Assembly: GCA_973895155.1 (NCBI GenBank)
Contig: OZ316895.1
Span: 990,435 to 1,054,434, forward strand
Length of the DNA: 64,000 bases
Source: Marsupella aquatica
Lineage: Eukaryota; Plantae; Marchantiophyta
Direction: 5' to 3'
The notes below the pieces were generated by a model. That model ran no database searches. It was not told the origin of the DNA and saw only the letters and a program-made list of their open reading frames with translations. Made by a program: the position numbers and the translations under genes. Below are positions 48,688 to 58,836 of the stretch, one piece after another (position 1 is the first letter of the stretch; each line of letters opens with the position of its first letter).

Positions 48688-51461
48688 ATGTCTTCCGAAG
48701 AAGATGAGTCGGGCAACTCATCAGCTCATTCTACTCCTATTAGGCACGGTGGAAATCACAATCGAGATTGTAGTGCAAAATTTTCCCCAGTGTGGAAATA
48801 TTTTGAACGATGTGATACGCCATCAGCGTGTAATGATATTAATCGTATATATTGAAGATGCAAATTTTGTAAGAAATATACAACGCATCATGCAACACGA
48901 GCAAAAGCATATTTGTTGGGAAACATACACAAAGGAGATGTGCCACCTTGCACAGGCTTGTATGGAGTTGTTGACTTAAATGACATCAATAGAATGTACA
49001 ATGTCATAAAGGTTGACCCATCCATAAAGTACAAACGAAGTGATGGAAGTCATGTTTTGTTATCCATGAGAGGTCGTAGGTCATATAACCCATCTTCCAA
49101 TTTGCAAGCATCAACTCGAGACTCAAATTTTGTTGACCTCGATGAGGATGGAAATATGAGTCATCGAAGTAGAGCATCAAATTTTGCAAACCCAATCATG
49201 GATGCTTATCAAATTCCAAATAGAGCTCATTTGGATAAGCTGTGGGCCAAAGCTTTTTATTCAAGTGGTATTTCGTTCAATGTGTCGGAGAATCCTTTCT
49301 TCCGTGAAGCAGTCACAGAAACCTCGAAAGGGATTGTAAATGGATATTCTCTTCCGGGTATGCGAAATTTGAGAATGAAATTATTGGAGGAGGCTAGAGT
49401 TGATCTTACAAAGGACATGACAAAAACAATGAAGGAGGCAAAACCTTTTGGATATTCCCTTTCATCCGATGGATGGGAAAATATCCGAAGGGAACCTTTG
49501 ATGAATGTCATGTTGTTGAGTTCAAAAGAAGATTTCTTTTTGGATAGTTGGAACGCTGCACAAGCCGACAAGAAAGATGGGAAGTATCTTGGTGACATGT
49601 GGTTAAAATACATAGATGACATTGGCGCCGATCACATCATACAAATTGTTACCGATGGGGCGCCTGCAAATCATGTAACAGGTGAAGAGATAGTCATGAA
49701 AAAATATCCGCATGTGACATGGAGTTGGTGTGCTACCCACGTTTTTAATTTGTTGCTAGAAGACATGTGTGGCCACAAGAATGTTGTGCTAGATGAGCGG
49801 AAAAAAAATCCATTCAAAATTATTTTTAAGCACTTGAGATGGATAGTTAAAGCAGTTATATCATCACAAAAGTTGTCTGCAATATTTGTGAGGAAATTTG
49901 GTGACAGGAAGTTGTTAAATCCAAATGCAACGAGATTTGCAACAATTTTTTTAATGGCGCAGAGAGCATTGGAGCTAAGAGGAGCTTTACAACAAATGGT
50001 CATTGATGATAAGTGGCAATCCTATCGTGATCGCCTGCCAGTTCGACCAAAGTCACAGGGGCATATGACGAGGGGAAAGGCAGACGAACTTAAATCGTGG
50101 ATACAACAAGATACATTTTGGGCTCAAGTAAAATCTACAGTTGCTTTTTTCCTGCCGTTGGTGAAGATGTTGCGAGAATTCGATGGAGTTTCACCACAGT
50201 CTCCTTGGCTATATTGGAGCTTGAAAAAAAGAATAGCTAAACTGGAGGCGAGCATGGAGGATTGTACATTAGTAACAGATTACTTAAAATCCAAAGATAA
50301 TGAAAGTGTATATGGATCGACAAAAATCACTTACTACTGATTTCATGTTAGCAGCAACATATTTGAATCCTCAATTTTTCTTCGATGAAGATGAAGATGT
50401 GGCAGGAAATGCAGAACTGTATAGAGGCTTCAATGATTACGTTCGTAGATATGCAGAACACAAGGTGAAGGCAGGAATCAACCATGATCGAGATGTGACG
50501 ACACTTATTTCTGACATCCAAATGCAGGCATTTGAGGCTAAAAAAATTGCCTTCATCGATTACAATTAGAGGAGCACAATCGAATATTGGGAAATTAAGT
50601 CCAGGAGAGTGGTGGCATTTGTATGGAGCTGATTACGCGGAGCTAAGATTGATGGCGAGAAGAATCACGCATCAACAAATGTGTGCATCTTCATGCGAAC
50701 GAAATTGGAGTTCGTACGGCTTTATCCATTCAAAAAGCCGTAGTAGGTTGACCAATGATCGGGCAAAAGACTTGGTTTTTGTATTCACAAATTCGAGGGT
50801 GCAAAAAGGGCTCACGAAGATGAGAAACCCTCATACGTCTATGTATAGACGATATGATGAAAGAACAACAACAAATAATGGCCCGAGGCCTACTTCCATA
50901 GAAGGATGTCACACCGAACAACATGGTGTTACATGTGTGGCTCTTGGAGAGGATGATGTGGAGGATTTTGATACAATTGATGATGCAGATGAGGCTTTGC
51001 AAGGATTATCATTACTCAATGATAGTGATATGTTGACTTGTATTCCACCAGATACTGAAATAAGTGATGTCGGAGAATGGGAAGATGAAATGGATTTAAT
51101 GATGTTCCCTACAATCGATGAGTCTCAAATTCAGGATGACGAGGACTACTCATTTGATGCAAACTTTGTAGTGCCTTCCCAACCAAACCCATCCTTCACA
51201 TACCCAACATTGAATCTACAAAATGATGTCCAAGCAAGTACTTCGTACTTATTTCAACGACAAGGTGCTACATCGAAGCTCTGTCCTGAGAGAACAACAC
51301 CAACTTTGTTTGCGCAACCTGATGATGCACAGTGGGGACAACATGTTTCTCCAACACAAAATATGTATGAAAGGCAGAACATGACAAATCCATACACATC
51401 AAGCATACATGCCCGTGTTGGGGCATTTCAAGAATATCATAGCGCAGATCCGGTCCAATAG
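48688..51461 (+). pseudogene. hAT transposase (BED finger, DUF659-type DDE core, hAT dimerisation domain, acidic tail); one stop and two frameshifts
   Basis: SPVWKYF...(TGA)RCKFC BED finger, in frame with 48913-50340. Core motifs SDGWEN, QIVTDGA, WCATHVFNLLLED and ATRFAT. Then AATYLNP, EWWHLYG and SASS-like CASSCERNWS..FIHSKSRSRL. Confidence 0.93.
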
Positions 51462-51654
51462 ATGACAAGACAATTTCAATTTGATCGACAGTTGCAAGAA
51501 AATGAGAACAATAACACAAGGCACTTTTTGTCACAACCTTGATATCTGTTTAGGTATTACATGCTAGTACTATACGACAAACTATGATATACTATGCCGG
51601 ATTGTGCATGTCCTATGCAATAAAATATGCTATACTAAACATTGTGTGTGCAAT

Positions 51655-53622
51655 CTACTCATTTGGGTTCTCATTGTCTTGCGCTTCTGCTTTCACCTCT
51701 GCCAGTTGCTGACGACGACGATGGCGACGAATAGATCGCTGCATGTTTTGCTCATCTGTTGTTGGTCGATTGGCCATGGCATATTCCTTCCACTGTTAGA
51801 ATCTACCACTGAATAGCAAATTGTCAAAGTCACCATCTGACAAGTTGTATTCATTAACTGTGAAGTTGTCAATGGGCCTTGAATCGATCTGTGTCATTGC
51901 AATACTCTCTTGAGTCATGTCTTCAGTGTCTTGTTGTGTCTCCATTGGTGGCATTTGTTTCAACAAACCTCATTGCTCATACTCTCGTTCATGAAATGGT
52001 TTCCGACACCAACATTTTTGGCTCTTCTTTATCCACCGAAACAAGCAAGCATGATGCCATAAGTGACCGCATATTCCCAAAATGGAAATAGATTCAAGAC
52101 CCCATGGATACAAGCACCAAGTACATCTTCCATCCTTTTCTCGAACAAATTGGGCCATACTTTCATCGGTCTTCCACTTGTCAAAAAATTTCTCTACATC
52201 TTCTGGATCCTCCTCCACATCCGAAAAAAGATGAGATTCTCCCGTAGGATCAATCATTTGCAAGTTCATATAATTGTAGTTCTTGCATCTTGATTTTTCC
52301 TTGTCTGATTGTCCATCCACCTCAGCAGTGTTCATTTGCTCGATCTCCTCTTGCAGATTGCTTATGATCACCTCTTGTGATGCAACCTGATTCTTCAAAT
52401 CCTGAATGACTCTATCTGCCTCTTGAACTTGTTTCATTTGACTACATTGACCATCCTTTTGGGCAAGTTGTTTGTTGAGCTTTGCGATCTCCTCCATCTT
52501 GTCGTACAGTTGCACCTTGTATTCCTTCACCTCCGAAGTAGTCACACTTTGAATGAGCATTTTTTCCATTGCTTTCATCTTCAAAACATTATCTTGCAAC
52601 TTTGACTTATAGTAGTCAATGCTGCCAGCTTCACAAAGGTCAAGACAAAACTTTGTGCGGAGATTGTTCTCGATCAAATGACCAATCTCTGTGCCCAAAC
52701 TCTTGCACACAATCTCCATGCTCAATGATTCTTTCTTTGGATCCAAAACACCAGTGAACTTTCCTGGTAAATTATTACTTGTAGATGCTGCAATGTTTGA
52801 TGTTTTATCCACATGTTTTGGTGTGCTGAAACTTTCAGATTTAGTGAAGAGTCGTTCTAGTGCAGTCGGCTTATCTTTCTGATGTGCATGAATATCTTGC
52901 ACATCATGTATCTTTCTTTTTGACCCTTTGTTGGTTGCTTGACTCGACATATCTTTTGTAGTATTTTTGTTGTTCTTGAAACCTATAATGTCCAGGACAG
53001 ACTGATGCACAGAGTGAGTCATCTTGCCATCTTCTGTTTCCCAACGGTAATCCACCTTCCACTTGAGAATAAATTCAACAATTAGGAGTCAGAGAAAAGG
53101 AGGATAAACCGAGCTTGTTTTGCCTTGCACTTTCTTTGGAGCATACTCTCGAAATCTTTGCTGCCAATGCTTGCCAATTTCCACATGTGTTACCTTGGAC
53201 ATTGTGTACTTCTCTTGCATCCAAGACCTTGTGGCCCATAAATTTTCATCATCAAAAATAATTTTCATCCATTTTTGGAACTCCACACGTGGCATCAATA
53301 TCTCCAATTCTTTGGCATTGATGGGCCATTCATTGTGAGGAGGTTTCACATTTGGCATTGTGATATTCCATTCAACATCCTTGGTGTCCTCATCCATTTT
53401 GGTTATGCTTTGCCCTGCATGATTGCTACTCATTCCAATGTCCTCGTCTATGGGTTGAGAATCTTCTTCAGCGTATTGATCCTGAGACCAAAGGTGTAAA
53501 TCCTGAGCAGGTTGCAAATATAAATATGGAATCTTTTTAGGTTTTTTCTCCTCGTCGGATTCCAAATCCCATTTTTCCATCCTTGCAGATTCTACAATAA
53601 CAAAAACATTTTTAGCATTCAT
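51655..53622 (-). pseudogene. hAT cargo gene 2: unknown N-terminal domain, coiled coil and RING-H2 (putative E3 ligase), ~655 codons with three in-frame stops
   Basis: ORFs 53622-53089 and 53055-51970 and the downstream codons to TAG at 51655 are all in one frame (1968 nt). RING-H2: CTWC-x14-CGHLWHHACLFRW-x6-CWC. Heptad-rich central region. Confidence 0.8.
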
Positions 53623-53764
53623 TCACCATACACCCTTCAAGATAAAATTGATAACAAAATACAATGAAGAAAAATGAGTAATACATTTAATTCATATGAC
53701 ATGATTAAATAGATAATAGTTCATGACATCTATCATTGTCATTCACGATGAAACTATAAAATCC

Positions 53765-55422
53765 CTAATCTCTTAGATAAGGACTATTGTGCTGAACTAA
53801 TCTACAATCTTGGAATGTCCTCATCATTCTCAAACTCCAATGAACACAATCCATTATTTTTTTGACATCAATGGCCATCATGTCACGTATCATAATATCC
53901 AATTTAGGGCCATGCTCTCTAGCATTCCAACCTCTATTCAAATATCGTGTCATTGGGTCATTCCATCCCAATTTTCTGTGAGTAATGTCTCAAAGACATT
54001 GCCCAAAGCATATATGTCAGTTGCTTGACTGTACACTGCTGGATCGGAATGAACTAGCTCAGACGCCAATTGTGGATATTGTTTTTGATATGCAACTGCT
54101 TTCTCTGTAGGGGTGGGCCACATTCAATTTTGTGGTAATGTGCATTGTGACTTGTGTTTGGACAACCCAAAATTACATATTCTTACATAAACTCTAATTG
54201 CCAAATCATCCTCGTGATCAAAGTGAAGAAGGATGTTCCCAAAATGAAGATCACAATGGAAACGGTCGTGTGCATGCAAATATTGCAAGGTCTCCAATAG
54301 AGCCATAGCAATCCCCAAACGATGTTCCAAAAAGAGTTTCTTTTCGGATATGAATGTCACATCAACCTCAGAAGTGGATTGTGTCTTCCCTTTGCTCTTA
54401 CTCCATTTTCCACACTTATCTATGAAGCTTCCCAAGTCACCTCCATTGTAATGGTCATAGATAAGTTTCGGTGGATCTTCGATAGTTATTGCGAAGGCCC
54501 CAATTATTCCTTTGTGATTCAAACCTCCCATGAGCACTTCTTGTAAGGCATCTGTTCGTCTCTTGTGCCGGTCTCCATCCTTAAATCGTTTTACAACCAG
54601 TGTTGCATTTCGAGGAATCAATGGGCAATCCAATATATGACATATGAACACATGTCCTTGGATGCCGCTTCCAATGCGATGCAAATTCGATACTTGCTCC
54701 CTCCTCAAGAAATGAATACTCTTGACTATGGGAACAACTCGTGATGGACGCGTTCCTCTATTTGCAACCTCCACGTCAATCTCTCCAAACTGCATGACCT
54801 TGCTCGCATATTTGACATTACTCTCCGATTTGGCCATTGCTAACTTTTTGCTCCATTTAGCTAGAAAATCTCTTCTATGTGTGTATAGCCCAGGAACTCC
54901 AAGCATGACGGTCCCAGCCTCATCCAAATTGGATTCCAACTTGTCCCAAAGATTTACCGCAAAGTTCAATGCCAAATGTTCAACAAATCCACCCGGCTTC
55001 TCAAAATTATTTATTAAGGCAGCAATTTCATCTCAGGTCATGTCCTCTTCTTTCTCCACAGTCTCACGCATGCAACGTCCCATGTCATTTAAAAGGTTTT
55101 TGTAACCCTCTGCTCCATGCATAGCATACTTCCTCTCAAAGCCATCCTGCTCATACTGTGCTGGCAAAGTGTAGGGATATAAAATCTTTTTCCAAATTGC
55201 AACTAACACATGTTGCCTTCTCTCTTTCAATGCAACACCAATTGCTCCTCCTCTATGTTTCCGTTTCCCTAAGGTTTTGCCATGTTTACAAATTTCTAAG
55301 GTTTTGTGAGCATTCCTTAGAGCATTGAGGGCATGAGGATCTGGTTGGTATCCCTCGTTTAGCATGGTCTTCATTGCCTCAAAAAGTTTCATATACTCTA
55401 CACTCACATTTGCAGCGGCCAT
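53765..55422 (-). pseudogene. hAT cargo gene 1: protein kinase with a ~250-aa unknown N-terminus; two in-frame stops and one frameshift
   Basis: IGSGIQG (Gly loop), VVKRF, alphaC LQE, HCDLHFGNILL (catalytic loop) and ICNFG (DFG position). After the TGA at 54124 the frame continues with YPQLASEL (APE position) and TDIYALG. The stop at 55033 is in frame with 54975. Confidence 0.85.
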
Positions 55423-56199
55423 GTTCTCAAGTAACCACAACAAGTTGTAGGACAAAGAATAGGCACTTACGGAGTGTGTTGGCTGCTTGCCGAGGGTATG
55501 GATGATGCAAGTACAATAAAGCTGGATCAAGAATCCTGAAATATCATTTCACACTTTGTGTTGGTACCAATAATACCCAAGCAATGAAATTTTAATATTT
55601 GTTCAATTTTTTATTCATTTATTTAGTACTTTGAAAGTAACAACGATGAGGGGGAAAGACAACTATGTGAAATACCACATGCCAAGCCGAAACTCCAAGC
55701 ATGCGCACAAAAGATGTCTTTTCCTTCAAGTTGTTACATTCCTATTCCAATCTATGTGAAACCTATAGTTTAGATGTCATTTGTAAATGTTGTGAAAATA
55801 TTTACAAGGAATCAAGATATCCATGCAGAGTACCACATGCCGAGCGGAAACTCCAAGCATGCGTACATGAAAATCTCTATCCTAGAAAATACTCCACTCA
55901 ATTCACAAATCACACTAAACTGTTAAGGCGATAATAGGTTCTCTCATACGAAATACCACATGCCAAGCATAAGCTCCAAGCATGCGCATACGTGAGAACA
56001 CTAATATCCCTCCAAATTAAAACTAAATGTTAAAGTCATACATGGCAAAGCATAGCAAAAAAAGACCAAAAACAATTCAAAAACTAGTGAACTAAACTCA
56101 AAACTAAGCAAAACATAAGCAAAAGCAAGAAAAACTTACCAAAGGCCTCTCCTACAAAACAAGCAAACTTAGTAATGAAAAGTTAGTAATGAGAGAAAG

Positions 56200-56790
56200 T
56201 GAGGAGACCTCCTCACTTTATAGGCCCGATCCCGGTCTGCCCCCCCTCCCCACCTCGCGAGCCGACCCCGGGTGGCCGAGCCCGATCCCCCCCGATGGCT
56301 GCCCTCCTCTCGCGCGACCTAACCCTAAAGTCCCCCCCGGCCCGGCCCGGCCCGGCCCGGTCGCTCATGGTGGGCCCGGGCCGGGGGAGCTTTAGGGACC
56401 GGGGCGGGGAATTAGGGACCGGGGCGGGGGGGCGGCTTTAGGGTCCGGGCCGGGAGGGGGGGGCTTTAGGGTCGGGCCGGGAGGGGGGGGTCCGGGTCGG
56501 GAGGGGGGGCTTTAGGGTCCGGGCCGGGAGGGCTGTAGGGTCCGGGGCCGGTGGGGGGGAGGGGGGCTTTAGGGTCTGGGCCAGGGCCTTTAGGGTCCGG
56601 GCCGGGAGGGCTTTAGGGTCCGGGGGGGGGGGCTTTACAGTCCGGGCTGGAAGGGTGAAGGGTCCGGGCCGGGGGAGGTTTAGGGTCCGGGGTCGGGAGG
56701 ATGAAGGATCCGGGGTCTGGGCCGGGGGGTTTAGGGTCCGGGGCCGGGAGGGAAGAGGACCGGGAGGGAAGAGGCCGGGACCGGATGATG
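56200..56790. repeat. Right subterminal G-rich array with interspersed plant telomeric units (TTTAGGG-TCCGGGCCGGG)
   Basis: Around ten TTTAGGG units alternate with (T/A)CCGGGCCGG and G-tracts. Confidence 0.85.
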
Positions 56791-58836
56791 TCGACCGGGA
56801 GAGACCGGGTGTTGGCTTGCCGGTTGACGGCCTTAAAACGGCCTATTTGCCGGGCAAGTCCAAACCGGGCACTGATGTCTGATGGAGCCAACCTGACGCT
56901 TTCACACACGGTAAACGTAATCAAATGTCATATCCAGTGTATTTTTTTAAGGTTTTTTACTTTTAGCCCGTGTGGTGAATGTTTGCTTCTCTAAGGGAGT
57001 AGACTCTAGAAATATTCTCTGTCAGATTTCACAGAATTAAATTGTGACTCTCAGATATCCCTAGATTTAAGGAGGACCGTTAGATTCTTGCTAACGGGGT
57101 CCATGATTTGGGGGAAGAGTGGCTAATGGTGTCAGGAAAATGTACCAAATATTAGCCAAAAGTGATGAAAGTTTTTTGGGGAGGTGGAATTTGGCTAAAA
57201 TTTGCACTTAAAAAATAAGCTGGTCATATCCTTACTACGTCAACAAAGTAAGCATCGACTAAAGGCTGTTAGCAAAGGAACAAAGGTTATTACCGGAGTG
57301 GCGTCCCCTTAATTGCACATCAAAATGTGATCATATGACATGTATTAATAATTAATAATTATATCACTCTATACATATTTTGTTTAATTGTATATCAAAA
57401 TGTGATTTTTTACCATGTATTATGTCACTCCTTACCATGATAAACTCAGATGTTTTGTTAAAATCACCAAATGTTATTTACACTCTATAATATGCTAGAC
57501 TGCCAAATCTTAATCTTAACTTTAGTCTGCTTACAAAAGATGAAAAAAAGCGGGAGTGATTTTGTACCATTAGTTATACAATGTGTATAACTATGATAGT
57601 TGTATTTATAAAAGAAAGATACAAGGGACAACAATGGGAGACATGAGCATGTATATGATAATCATAGGTATTTTAATAATTATATAAGTTACATGGAAAG
57701 GCTGCCCATGGGAGGGAGGCACATTGGAAAGTGTGTTCTCATCGCCAACTTCTCTTTAAAAAAACATCTCATTAAAATATTGTTTTTGAGAACTATATTA
57801 TATCTGGAAAGTCGCACCATAGGGAGGGGCGCGTGGGCGCTTGAAGAGGGATGGAATTTATCCACAAATTTTAATTCAGGTGGGGCAAATTCCTTCCCGG
57901 CGTGTAATTATATATGATTTAAGAATGAACTTTGGAGGTTAGATTTGTGTAATTTAATAATTATCTGCAATTTCAAAATGGGTGGGAAGCATACAGGAAT
58001 AATCCTATGTGTTTTTATTTCTGTTTTTTTAATTATAAGAAATGAGAAATTGGGTGTTCCCAAAAGAATGGTTTGGCAGGTTCTAAAAACATGGAATTTT
58101 TTTACTCTTCATTTCATTTTGTTGGGAGAAGGTGATAATTTTCTTTTTGGATGTGCAGGATTTTTTTTTACATTTTGTATTTGCCCACAATTTTGCAATG
58201 TATAGTGTTGGAGAAAGCTACGGTAGTTTTGGGTGGGGGATGGGGACAAGAGCAGAAACCTCCATCGCCGCACTACTTCTACCTCCCCACTCACAACTCA
58301 CTTTTTTCACATTTCTCATCAATTTTGTGCTTCAACAACTTACATAAAGTCTGTTTGGTAGCACTATTTTAGTGTCAATCATGTAAGTTCTTCTTGAATA
58401 ACACTCCTCTTGGTGCAATGCACTAGAATCTGACTCATGTTTCTTATCACTCTCTTTTTGGACCAATTTTTTTGTGTCCATTGTGTCCTTCATTTCTGCA
58501 TTATACTTCCACCTCTCCTTCCTCCCTTGCACAACTCATGCTTTAATTTTTTATTTCAGGCAAGCTTGGTTTTGTTGGATTTCAATTTTGTGAAGGGCGT
58601 TCGTGACAAGCAAGTAAAACAACCTTGGATGAAAAACTCATGGTTTTACTGAAAAAACTCATGGTTTTACTGATCGGGGATCAATCTGATCAACCTGAAT
58701 GAGCACAGAATTGACATTAAACGACTGACATTGAAAGGGAATATCCCATCAACCCAAATGACGAAAGATTCTTCTAAAATCTGCTATCGTTACAGATCTA
58801 CTCTAGACCATCGAGATACCAGATCCTAAAGGAGCT

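Larger units (their letters stand above)
47420..56869 (+). mobile_element. 9.45-kb hAT DNA transposon with transposase and two antisense cargo genes
   Basis: TIR CCCGGTTTG (47420) and CAAACCGGG (56869), extending imperfectly to ~23 bp. 8-bp TSD CACTTATG/CACTGATG (1 mismatch). GC-rich GGCCCGG subterminal arrays at both ends. Confidence 0.92.
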
